From Hyphomicrobiales bacterium (GTDB taxonomy: Bacteria > Pseudomonadota > Alphaproteobacteria > Rhizobiales > Aestuariivirgaceae), in assembly GCA_031385245.1 (NCBI GenBank), contig JANNBH010000028.1, positions 26,540 to 90,539 of the forward strand: a stretch of 64,000 bases of DNA, in the 5' to 3' direction. The translations under genes and the position numbers were made by a program. The notes below the pieces were generated by a model. That model had not been told where the DNA came from and did not search any database. It worked only from the letters and a program-made list of their open reading frames with translations. Of this stretch, positions 10,247-19,204 are shown piece by piece. Every line of letters begins with the position of its first letter. Position 1 is the stretch's first letter.

Positions 10247-10882
10247 TTACTGGCTCCGCACAGTTGTCCCCTGCGCGTCTGAACTATTATTACTCGCAGC
10301 AATGCGCTGGGTTTCAGCATTGGCGCGGAAGGCCGCGATCACATCATGCAAGGCCGAGTCAGTTGTGCGGCGGTGCAAAAGCTCGCTCCGCAAAAAAGCG
10401 ATTTCTTCATCCTTGTCATGCAAGCGTTGTTCAAGCTGATCTGCCAAAACACCATTGTTGATTGTCCGGCTCAGACCGGACGCGTCCGGCAAAGTCCGGT
10501 CATCGTCCGATAGATTTTGTGTGTCCGCAACATCTTGTCCGCCATCATCCAAGCCATGGTCATGTCCGGCACTGTCTGGCTCGGTCAGGACTGCGCCGGA
10601 CGTGTCCGCGCTCGAAGTCATCAATGTCCGCTGCTGTTCAATGTAAGCCGTAACCGACGCCGCATCGATAAAATACTGGGGTTGATGCAACGCGTTCTCA
10701 GTCTTCTTACATTCCAAATCGCCTCGTTCACAATAACGCCTGATGCTGCGCTTGTTACGGGGGAGGCCAGCTTCGCTGAATAGAAGGGATGCTTGTTGAA
10801 CTGTTATCCAGTTAATAACGGCCTCTCCCAACGCTTGGCCGGACACGTCCGGCGACACCTGCTGGCTATATATTTCTTGCAT
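10247..10882 (-). CDS. HTH plus C-terminal coiled-coil protein (possible partition/maintenance factor)
   Basis: N-terminal WITVQQA..RSIRRYCERG.L (excisionase/MerR-like), C-terminal coil LEQRLHDKDEEIAFLRSEL; phased DNA repeats inside the gene. Confidence 0.6.
   Translation of the reverse strand: MQEIYSQQVSPDVSGQALGEAVINWITVQQASLLFSEAGLPRNKRSIRRYCERGDLECKKTENALHQPQYFIDAASVTAYIEQQRTLMTSSADTSGAVLTEPDSAGHDHGLDDGGQDVADTQNLSDDDRTLPDASGLSRTINNGVLADQLEQRLHDKDEEIAFLRSELLHRRTTDSALHDVIAAFRANAETQRIAASNNSSDAQGTTVRSQ
10464..10609. repeat. 10-bp phased GTCCGG-type repeat arrays
   Basis: Hexamers at 10464,10474,10484,10494,(10505) and 10564,10574,10584,10594,10604; perfect palindrome CCGGACGCGTCCGG at 10476-10489. 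Confidence 0.7.
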
Positions 10883-11014
10883 ACATCTTTAGAATAGCAC
10901 AGGTTATAAGGAGCACTAACATGGTGATGTCCCAAATAATTGAAAATTAACAGTTATTTTAATGATAGTGAAAAAGTCTACCGCACGGGATAGATTCATG
11001 TAGAAAACAATCCA

Positions 11015-11527
11015 TTGGAGGGCATACAAGCCCTCGGTTCAATACTATTTTCAGAAAGGGTCGGAGGTTATAATTTGGTATCAACAATTAAGATAAAGCA
11101 TCTCGAGAATTCAGTTGGCCAATCTGGTGATTCAACTAGTCCGACGAGCCTTTCGCACATTGAACTTAGAGCTGCTTTGTCACATTCCGAGTCTATAACG
11201 TTAAAAATTGGCTGTCGTACAGCAATTCCGACTGGAATTGCCGTTGAATTACCAGACCTCTGGGAAGCTCAGGTACTCTCGGATAACTTATTGTCTGAGA
11301 ACAACGGCGTGTGCGTACTGAACAGCCCCGGAACGATTGACGCTGACTATCGCGGAGAAATTTTTGTTATACTTATAAATTTTGGCAACGAAGACTTTGT
11401 AGTAAATCGAGGCACAATTGTTGGTCGTCTACGGTTCTCACAATTCGTCAAAGTTACATTACAGGAAGTTGACCAGCTTGGGCTCACTTTACGGGCAAGA
11501 AATGGCTTGGGCTCAACAGGCAAATAG
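11015..11527 (+). CDS. Divergent trimeric dUTPase-like protein
   Basis: IPTGIA, NSPGTIDADYRGEI, GLGSTG present; motifs 1, 2 and 4 altered; start uncertain. Confidence 0.8.
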   Translation: MEGIQALGSILFSERVGGYNLVSTIKIKHLENSVGQSGDSTSPTSLSHIELRAALSHSESITLKIGCRTAIPTGIAVELPDLWEAQVLSDNLLSENNGVCVLNSPGTIDADYRGEIFVILINFGNEDFVVNRGTIVGRLRFSQFVKVTLQEVDQLGLTLRARNGLGSTGK

Positions 11528-11557
11528 GGTCATAAAAGAGTACCGTTGCATGTAGAC

Positions 11558-12082
11558 TCATGACATTCTTTCTAGTGCATTAGAAATAATCAAAGTCTGT
11601 GCATTAACAGTGGTGGGGTAACTGATTGTTAGATCTGAGATTGGCATAAATTCTTCGACAGTTAATTCGGTTGGACTATTGTTTAGGGTCTCCCATTCCT
11701 CAATGCCAATCTCACCAATCGCCCTTAAGCGTCGAATATCTGCAGGGCAGTCCAGATAAACAACAAATGGATTTCTACAAGCATTTCTTATCTGCAGAAA
11801 TGAGTCAACGAATCGTAGGCCGTCCACACTTGCACTTCGATACTTTGATATCTCTTTTATAATTGGCTCATGCAATAAATCCAAGTGACCGTCTCGCAAC
11901 AACTCTAACCCATAGGCGCCGAGTTGCGATCTGTTTGGAGCGGTGCGGTAAGTGCTAATGTAAACGTCACGCAGATGCGAACTTACTGAAACTCGGTGAA
12001 TCCCAACTTCAATTAGGGCATTACACAGCGAGGTTTTGCCGCTAAAGCTCTTCCCGACAACAAAAATGGTAGCTGTCAACAA
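11558..12082 (-). CDS. P-loop nucleotide-monophosphate-kinase-like protein
   Basis: Walker A GKSFSGKT, DGLRF, YLDCPADIRRLR lid region. Confidence 0.7.
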   Translation of the reverse strand: MLTATIFVVGKSFSGKTSLCNALIEVGIHRVSVSSHLRDVYISTYRTAPNRSQLGAYGLELLRDGHLDLLHEPIIKEISKYRSASVDGLRFVDSFLQIRNACRNPFVVYLDCPADIRRLRAIGEIGIEEWETLNNSPTELTVEEFMPISDLTISYPTTVNAQTLIISNALERMS

Positions 12083-13294
12083 TTAGCGGGCCACTCCCGC
12101 AACCAAAGTTTTGATAAGCTCGACGACCGGCGCAATTTTCTGCCTGCCTCGCATAATGCACATTTCTTGATGCCCAGGACCATTCGTGCCAGCGTTGTGC
12201 TTATAAAGTATTTCCGTCCCATCCCATTGTTCTACCAAAGAACACTTTAGAGGTAGTTTTTGTTCAAATTTAATTTTAGTTCCAGACTTGAGAGATTGAA
12301 AAAGTTTAATCGCTTTTGATTCACTGCCAAACCCCATTTTTACGACTGCTTCGGTTTTGCTGCTAATCAAATACAAAGTGCCCCTTTCATTAATCCGAAT
12401 TAATTCGTCTAACAGTTCCGGATGTTCGCCAATAAATCCAAAACTTCCCGAAATTATCGTAGCGGCTTTTGCATTAGCATAGTGACTTCTCATCAAATCT
12501 AGATCTTCTCCCTCAACTTTCAATCGGTTACTCTTCAAGGGATTAATGTATGTTGAGTGCATCCGATATAAACTTGGTAGCGAAAATAGAAAGCACGCAA
12601 TGATCCAATATAGCCATCGTGTGGCTGTCACTGAGTATTCAGCCCGTAAGTCCGGAGTGTCGATAGCGCAGGCACCCCAATGCCAGCTCAAAAAACACAC
12701 CAGAAAATCTGGCATCTTAGTCCATGTAATTGCAGAAAAGCCAAGCGCGAACGAAGTCAAAATAGCAAACCAGCGACTAGTTCCAACGAAAATTGACTCC
12801 CAAAATATTCGAATCATGGTGTCTGGAATTTGAATAACAAATCTCCAGGATTTTCTTAGCAACACCCCCAAATTCTCAACACACCGTTGTTTCCAATTTC
12901 GTTTGCTGGTCTTTCTCAAAACTTTGTAATGCTCACTAAGGTGAGTTATCTTATTTTCGGCCAACACAATCCGGAGTTCACCATAAACAGTCTGCCACTC
13001 TTTCTCCTCAATATCTTCGAAAGTCGAGAAGAATACTGCGCGAACTTCATTTCTCATTTCAAATGTTTTGACAATTGGCGAAACGGCCAAAGAATGTTGT
13101 CTTGCTTCATTTCTTTTCCAATACTCCTTGATATTGGCTAAGCCGTTATATGTTTTTCCACCCTGAATGAGGTACTCTGCGTTTTCTGAAAAAATGCTTC
13201 CGACGATACTCTGGTCATGTGTTTGCCATGCCCTTGCATACAATTCGAGCGCCTGATCGCCGTTCAATGTCTTTCCCATGTAAGGTAACCCCAC
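12083..13294 (-). CDS. NTF2/SnoaL-like domain + TM segments + C-terminal globular domain
   Basis: Y..AW...D...VGSIFSENAEY...GL..IK.YW NTF2 pattern; two hydrophobic helices mid-protein. Confidence 0.65.
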   Translation of the reverse strand: MGLPYMGKTLNGDQALELYARAWQTHDQSIVGSIFSENAEYLIQGGKTYNGLANIKEYWKRNEARQHSLAVSPIVKTFEMRNEVRAVFFSTFEDIEEKEWQTVYGELRIVLAENKITHLSEHYKVLRKTSKRNWKQRCVENLGVLLRKSWRFVIQIPDTMIRIFWESIFVGTSRWFAILTSFALGFSAITWTKMPDFLVCFLSWHWGACAIDTPDLRAEYSVTATRWLYWIIACFLFSLPSLYRMHSTYINPLKSNRLKVEGEDLDLMRSHYANAKAATIISGSFGFIGEHPELLDELIRINERGTLYLISSKTEAVVKMGFGSESKAIKLFQSLKSGTKIKFEQKLPLKCSLVEQWDGTEILYKHNAGTNGPGHQEMCIMRGRQKIAPVVELIKTLVAGVAR

Positions 13295-13961
13295 TTATCG
13301 TTATCAGTTTCTGCCCGACTAACGCTTGCAAACAATCTGGAACCGCTTTCTGGAAACAAACGTAGTTACTGTATTCGCCTCCATTTGATTTTTGTTCTAT
13401 AATTCGACTTCTCATTACTTCGGGATAGTCAACGATGTGGGCAACCGAACCCAATAGAGGCATGAACTGAGATGCACTTTTACTAGATTCGCACGCAAAA
13501 AATGAAATGAATCTTGGTAATTGTGGGCTAACCGATTCCTTGTAAACATCACATACGCGATAACTCAAATCACGTTGAAATCCAAAAATCTCGCTTAATC
13601 CATTCCCAATCTGAACCTGCTTACAATTTTTTTCTAACATCAATATCTTGATATCGGGGTTTATGAACTTTGCAGCAAATGAAAAGGCTCCTGAACCCGC
13701 TCCAAGATCAACCGCCTGACTATAGTCAAATCCAACTACATTTTTTAAATACTCAATATAGAAAAAACACTTTAAAAAATTCTTCACAAAGAATGCTTGA
13801 TTGAACTCCAACGACCTATGATCATAATCGATTGTCGACAACCTACCGCGCTGCTCTACGTGTCTGCGAAGACTTAGAAAAACATCCCCTCTTCCCAAGT
13901 AGAGTTGCGCGTTCAACAACTGCTTTGATGGCACCTCTAGCTGCTGCATATATTTGACCAA
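13215..13961 (-). CDS. Class I SAM-dependent methyltransferase
   Basis: VDLGAGSG motif I followed by acidic E at the end of strand 2 and CDV. Confidence 0.7.
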   Translation of the reverse strand: MVKYMQQLEVPSKQLLNAQLYLGRGDVFLSLRRHVEQRGRLSTIDYDHRSLEFNQAFFVKNFLKCFFYIEYLKNVVGFDYSQAVDLGAGSGAFSFAAKFINPDIKILMLEKNCKQVQIGNGLSEIFGFQRDLSYRVCDVYKESVSPQLPRFISFFACESSKSASQFMPLLGSVAHIVDYPEVMRSRIIEQKSNGGEYSNYVCFQKAVPDCLQALVGQKLITISGVTLHGKDIERRSGARIVCKGMANT

Positions 13962-14054
13962 ATCTGATTACCTAACGTCCCGATCACCCCACAAAGAGCG
14001 AATTGCTCTAGTACCAGCGCGGCAAGAAAACAGAAGCTAGCAACTAATTTTAAC

Positions 14055-14081
14055 AAAAAAAAGACCCTCTCGCGAGGGTCT
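14055..14081 (-). terminator. Rho-independent terminator after the primase-like gene
   Basis: AGACCCTC/GAGGGTCT stem followed by T8 on the minus strand. Confidence 0.7.
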
Positions 14082-14871
14082 AAAACAACTCAACAGTTTC
14101 GCAATGCCGTTCATCCATGAGAGAGACCAGCATTTCGAGTTGTTGGGCTGCGATGCTTTCCGTGAGAAAGGCGACGACGTTTTCAACACCGGATTCATGG
14201 GCCGTGAGAACCGACAGGGGATCGCGCACCAAGGTGAGGTGTTCTGCCTTCACAAGATGTGCGCCGAAGATAAAGTCAGCGGGCTGGAAGCCGTTGGGGA
14301 AGAGCAGTGTTGGACTTTCGTCTTTCACGGCGCGTCCACAATAAGCCATTAGGTAACCATGACGATCATGGATCGGAATGGCCAGCCTTCCGCGCAAGAT
14401 GCCGCGTGGGGCAAAGCCTGCTCCAAAATATGAAGCAGTCTCTACCGAAACCCCAAGCCCCTGCACTGCTGGATGTTCTGGTTGGAGATAAGTGAGCGGG
14501 TTGAACCCCGCCTTCTCTTTCTCTGGAACTGTGACAGGAAGGGTGGGCTTAGATACCGGAGCTTCAGCGGGTGGCTCTGAACCCTCGGCCAAGAAGGTTG
14601 CCGCCTCCTTCATGCCAATGACTTTGATGTGGGCAACAAGGGCGATGACGTCGCCGCCTTGTTTGGCTGCAAAGCAATAGAAGGCTGCTTTGTGTGGTGT
14701 CACTACGAGAGTGCGGTCACCTCCGGACCTACAGGCCGGACAGGACCCACGCCATTGCTCGCCTGTTTGTTTCAGCTGCAAGCCCAGAAGGGCAAACGCA
14801 CTTTCGATCTTGATGGTTTGTTTCAGGTGTTGAAAGTCAATGAACTTGGGTGAAGGTGATGTGTGGGACAT
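14080..14871 (-). CDS. CHC2 zinc-finger DnaG-like protein
   Basis: CPAC..FYCF..GGDVI zinc-binding domain; RLAIPIHD..G.L.AY.GR primase core; Toprim acidic motif looks degenerate. Confidence 0.8.
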   Translation of the reverse strand: MSHTSPSPKFIDFQHLKQTIKIESAFALLGLQLKQTGEQWRGSCPACRSGGDRTLVVTPHKAAFYCFAAKQGGDVIALVAHIKVIGMKEAATFLAEGSEPPAEAPVSKPTLPVTVPEKEKAGFNPLTYLQPEHPAVQGLGVSVETASYFGAGFAPRGILRGRLAIPIHDRHGYLMAYCGRAVKDESPTLLFPNGFQPADFIFGAHLVKAEHLTLVRDPLSVLTAHESGVENVVAFLTESIAAQQLEMLVSLMDERHCETVELF

Positions 14872-14946
14872 GGGGACAACCTCCATTGCATGATCCACTA
14901 TTCATCGTACCATGAGACGAGATGCACAGAGGAAAGGAGTGTTGAC

Positions 14947-15204
14947 ATGTCCCTTGCACAGAAAGAGCTGGCACTTAAAAAACGTGCCGCTGATATTCGC
15001 CATCCGGCTTATGTGGTGCGTGCCCCCGATCCCAATAATCGCGGGCGCTGGATTACACTTGGCTATGCTTGGACAAGAAAGAATGGCGAAGAAGGCTTCT
15101 CGGTCAAACTCAATTCCATTCCGGTTGGTGGGTGGGATGGAGCTTTGATCTTACTGCCACCTTTCGCTGATGAAGCGGATCAAGTGCCAGAACACAACGA
15201 CTAA
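14947..15204 (+). CDS. Small DUF736-like putative ssDNA-binding protein
   Basis: W..LG.AW..K.G.EG.SVKL..IP...W.G.L.L pattern; AGGAG RBS. Confidence 0.6.
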   Translation: MSLAQKELALKKRAADIRHPAYVVRAPDPNNRGRWITLGYAWTRKNGEEGFSVKLNSIPVGGWDGALILLPPFADEADQVPEHND

Positions 15205-15237
15205 AAAAACGCCGCGTCAGACATGATGCGGCTTTTT
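15204..15237. terminator. Bidirectional terminator between convergent genes
   Basis: A-run, GCCGCGTC/GATGCGGC stem, T-run. Confidence 0.6.
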
Positions 15238-16182
15238 CTAGGGATGGTCAATGTCGAGGGGAACCCCGACGCGTGACCATGGCGTTTTGATCAGATCGAG
15301 CAAGATAGGTGGCACCGTCCAGTATTTGCCAAATTCTGGTTTGGATTTGAACAGAAAGCGGGCGGCGGTTTTGGGTGAAGCGAGATCATCTAAGTGACTG
15401 ATCATGGTTTTCATGTGGGCTTCGGATGTGGTTACGGTCAGCACTGATAATGTCGGAATACCCCAGACTTCGCGATAGGTTTCATGTTCGAGAACATCAA
15501 TATAGGCTTCGAGTTTGCGGCCAAAGGCTTTAGCGCTGGCTTTGGTGCTGACAATGGTTTCGGTTTTGCGGTCGGTCTCCAAAACAAAGAAACGAAACTT
15601 GCCGCCATAATCGATCCCGAAAAGCTGATCAGGAATGATCACGCCTTCACGGTGGGGAAGTGCCAGCGGATGAGCGGCTTGTCGTAAGGACTTTGGACAT
15701 TTGGGATGGGTGAAAATGTCAGCTTGTGAAATGTAACGATAGCCCAATGCTATCACAGCAAGCTCAATTGATGCCGTAATACAGGCCGTCGCAAAACGAT
15801 GGAGATAAGGCCCATTGGGTGGAACCCAGATTTGCGGGGCAATGCCTTTGTCACGCAGCGCCCTGCCCGCCAGTGCGGTGTTCTCATAGGCCATTGGTTG
15901 ATAGCGGGCATTGATCGACGCATATTGTTGCTCTGGTCGTTCGAGATAGAACCCATGATGCGGTGTGTTGTCTTCGTTGTAGAGGTCGGTCAATCTTTGT
16001 TGGTGGCCTTTATAATTTCGAGCAGCAAACTTCGAGAACTCATAAAGATAAGTGGCTGGCAAAGGCCCGTGACGCTCAAGCGCAGTGAAATAGCAAAAGT
16101 CCCGTTCTTGTAGGATCACGCGTTTGCCGGTCGGTTGCCGACCTGCAAAACGACTACGGCGATTGAGGGCATCGGATTTCAT
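15238..16182 (-). CDS. Replication-relaxation family protein (putative relaxase)
   Basis: N-terminal L.ERD wHTH, H in YLHRFA, nuclease-like IIPDQLF..FFVLETDR.TE, VL.VTTS. Confidence 0.75.
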   Translation of the reverse strand: MKSDALNRRSRFAGRQPTGKRVILQERDFCYFTALERHGPLPATYLYEFSKFAARNYKGHQQRLTDLYNEDNTPHHGFYLERPEQQYASINARYQPMAYENTALAGRALRDKGIAPQIWVPPNGPYLHRFATACITASIELAVIALGYRYISQADIFTHPKCPKSLRQAAHPLALPHREGVIIPDQLFGIDYGGKFRFFVLETDRKTETIVSTKASAKAFGRKLEAYIDVLEHETYREVWGIPTLSVLTVTTSEAHMKTMISHLDDLASPKTAARFLFKSKPEFGKYWTVPPILLDLIKTPWSRVGVPLDIDHP

Positions 16183-16407
16183 AGGGATTGAGATAGGCGG
16201 CTAAGATACCAGCGTCACCGTGCGAAGAGTTCACTTAAGTGCTGCATGTGACGGGAAGTGCCGCAATGCAGCACGATCACATTTTACCACCTATCGGCGA
16301 GATATTTTGTTTTGTTCGTTTTGTAGTGTCACCACCGTTTCCGCCCCACACTTGACGGCCTCTCAGATACAGGTTCCTATGGTTCTTGGGAAAAAGGGAG
16401 GACGGCG

Positions 16408-16959
16408 ATGGATTTACTTTTCAAACGTGAACAAAGCGCAGGCGTGGCGGGAGCGAATTTACCGCTTCCAAATATTTTGGGCTTGGGTGCGCCGAAGTTC
16501 AAACTTTGGGCAAAAATTGAACTTGAACTTGAAGAACAGGCGGTGGTCGATCACTACCGTTTTGATCAAGCGATGCTGATTGATGGCTTTCAACCGGAAC
16601 TGGTTAAGAAGACGGCAACAATAGCGGCCAGTGTATTTGTGGTGGCAACCATTTTCTTCTGGACGATGGCGGGATTTTCCACGGCTCTATTTTTGGCGTT
16701 AATTTCTGGCGGTGCTGCGGCATATTTCTATTATGATAAGAGGCGCGAAACAATCTTCGTGCGCGATCTGCTGCATGGACGATATTTTTCCTGCGCTTCG
16801 GTGATTGATCTTGCCCGCAAAGAGGCATGGCTTGAAACCATCACAGCATTTTTGCGACAAGTTATGGAAAGTGCCAAGAATTGGGATGGAACTGAGGCGA
16901 TCAAGATTGAAGCCTTGCCGAAAGACTTGGCCAAGCAAATGATGATCAAAGGCCTATGA
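16408..16959 (+). CDS. Two-TM hypothetical protein coupled to the coupling-protein gene
   Basis: GGAGG RBS, two hydrophobic helices, ATGA overlap with next ORF. Confidence 0.7.
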   Translation: MDLLFKREQSAGVAGANLPLPNILGLGAPKFKLWAKIELELEEQAVVDHYRFDQAMLIDGFQPELVKKTATIAASVFVVATIFFWTMAGFSTALFLALISGGAAAYFYYDKRRETIFVRDLLHGRYFSCASVIDLARKEAWLETITAFLRQVMESAKNWDGTEAIKIEALPKDLAKQMMIKGL

Positions 16960-19073
16960 GCCACCTGTCGGCCAGATTCCATGCTTTCTATCGCGGACTG
17001 TTTCGTCCGAAGCCTACTGCTGTGGCGTTTGAAGCTTACCTCGACATTGAGAGAAAACTGGCCGCCGAAAACTTGCACTCGAAAGAGGATTGCATTGCTC
17101 TTGCCCGCAGTCTGGCCCAGGACGCAACAAGAATTCTAGGTTTTGAACCAACTGAAGAAAACTGGCTGTCCATCTATCGCTTTGCCGAAGCCAGTTTCCT
17201 CTATGAGGAGTTTTTCATCCTACCAGAATTTGACTGGTCGCTGCATCACAGCGTGGCAGAATATTGGGAACTGCAAGACAAACTAAAATGCCAGAAAAAC
17301 TATCTTGCTGATATTGAAGAAACCAAACGGCTGATCACGCTCACGTTTTGTCACGTCATTGCCCCAATTATCGCTGCCAGCCCAAAAGCTGAATCGACAA
17401 TTGGAGACGATGCGTCAATCCGCGTCCCAACCGAACTCATTCATGCCATTTCGAATCTTCCCGCTGTCATCGAATCCGTAAACTCAACCTATTTTGTCGA
17501 TGATCTCACCAAAGCCGAATTGTTTGTACGGCACCGTGATCGTCTTGAAGCCAATCTCATTGCGGCGTCCGGTGGTAATCCTGCTGATCCCAAAGGATTC
17601 AGCCGAACACCCAAGCTGCCAACCCAGTCCGACATTAAAGTGCCTGAAGATTTGGTGGCGGCCTATCTTGGCGGGACGCCAGCTTTTAAGCTGTTTGATC
17701 AAACCATTGATTTTGCCATTCCGCAGTCCGTGCGCTTTGAGCATCATCACATCGTCGCTGGCTCAGGGCATGGCAAAACTCAGACCTTGCAGTTTCTTAT
17801 CGCACAAGATTTGAAAGCGGTCGAACGTGGTGAACGTTCGATTGTGGTTATTGACAGCCAAGGCGATTTGATCCGGCGGATTTCGCAATTGAAACAGTTT
17901 GCCCCGGGCGAACCCTTGCATGATCGTATTGTGCTGATCGACCCCACCGATGTCGAATGGCCAGTGTCCCTCAACCTGTTTGACATTGGTCTCGAACGCC
18001 TCAATCAATATTCCAAATTGGATCGTGAGCGCCTGACCAATTCAATCATCGAACTTTATGATTTTGTGCTCGGCTCATTGCTTTCAGCAGAGATGACACA
18101 AAAGCAAAACATCATTTTCCGCTATGTAACACGCTTGATGTTGCAAATTCCTGACGCCACCATCCAAACCTTGAGGGAATTGATGGAGCCAAAAAGTGAA
18201 TTGAAGTTTGCCGCTCACATCGAAAAACTCACAGGTTCGGCCCGTGAGTTCTTTCGTACTGAGTTTGGCACGTCAGAGTTTACCCAAACTCGCAGGCAAG
18301 TGTTGCGGCGGCTGTGGGGTATTCTTGAAAATCAATCTTTTGAGCGCATGTTCTCGCACCCGCGTTCGAAACTTGACCTCTTTACCGAAATGAATGCAGG
18401 CAAAGTGATCTTGATCAACACGGCAAAGGACTTGTTGAAAGAAAGCGGCACAGAAATCTTTGGACGCTTCTTCATTGCACTCATCGCGCAGGCTGCGCAA
18501 GAACGGGCAACATTGAAAGAGCGCGATAGAATGCCGACGATGGTCTATATTGATGAAGCTGCGGATTATTTTGATCGTAATGTCGGAATCATTCTGTCAC
18601 AAGCCCGCAAATATAATGTCGGCATGGTGCTTGCTCATCAATATATGGGGCAACTGGAAGCTAAATTGCAGGATGCTATCGCCGCCAACACGTCGGTCAA
18701 ATTTGCGGGTGGCGTGTCAACCAAGGATGCCCGCGTTCTGGCACCCATGATGGGGTGCACACCGGAACTGATCGAAGCGCAGAGCAAAGGATCATTCGCT
18801 GCCTTTGTACGCGGTGTTACCAAGTCTGCCATTCCCCTCAAGTTTCCGCTTGGACATATGGAAGACCTACCACAAATGTCGACTGCGGAATTCAACGAGC
18901 TTCGGGCGCTTATGCGTAAAAAATATGCGGTGCATTATTCGGAATTGGAGCGGAAGACGGAAAGCACCGCAAACGCGCCTAGAGGAAAACCAGAAGCTAC
19001 ACAATCTCAGAAACCAACGGGGCCAAATGACGGGTATCAGCAAAGTGATGATGAAGCCAAATCTGATTGGTGA
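16956..19073 (+). CDS. Type IV coupling protein-like (VirD4/TraD-type) ATPase
   Basis: HHHIVAGSGHGKT Walker A, VIDSQGD, YIDEA Walker B, QARKY. Confidence 0.8.
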   Translation: MSHLSARFHAFYRGLFRPKPTAVAFEAYLDIERKLAAENLHSKEDCIALARSLAQDATRILGFEPTEENWLSIYRFAEASFLYEEFFILPEFDWSLHHSVAEYWELQDKLKCQKNYLADIEETKRLITLTFCHVIAPIIAASPKAESTIGDDASIRVPTELIHAISNLPAVIESVNSTYFVDDLTKAELFVRHRDRLEANLIAASGGNPADPKGFSRTPKLPTQSDIKVPEDLVAAYLGGTPAFKLFDQTIDFAIPQSVRFEHHHIVAGSGHGKTQTLQFLIAQDLKAVERGERSIVVIDSQGDLIRRISQLKQFAPGEPLHDRIVLIDPTDVEWPVSLNLFDIGLERLNQYSKLDRERLTNSIIELYDFVLGSLLSAEMTQKQNIIFRYVTRLMLQIPDATIQTLRELMEPKSELKFAAHIEKLTGSAREFFRTEFGTSEFTQTRRQVLRRLWGILENQSFERMFSHPRSKLDLFTEMNAGKVILINTAKDLLKESGTEIFGRFFIALIAQAAQERATLKERDRMPTMVYIDEAADYFDRNVGIILSQARKYNVGMVLAHQYMGQLEAKLQDAIAANTSVKFAGGVSTKDARVLAPMMGCTPELIEAQSKGSFAAFVRGVTKSAIPLKFPLGHMEDLPQMSTAEFNELRALMRKKYAVHYSELERKTESTANAPRGKPEATQSQKPTGPNDGYQQSDDEAKSDW

Positions 19074-19204
19074 GTGGTAAGTCGACAGCACTACTCGTAT
19101 CGATATGTAATCGTGGAATTGTGCCGTAAACATCAGATTGTATTTAATTGTGATTTCATGCTTTTATTTCAATCACGGAATTAAGTTGGGCAGGATGATA
19201 TTCA

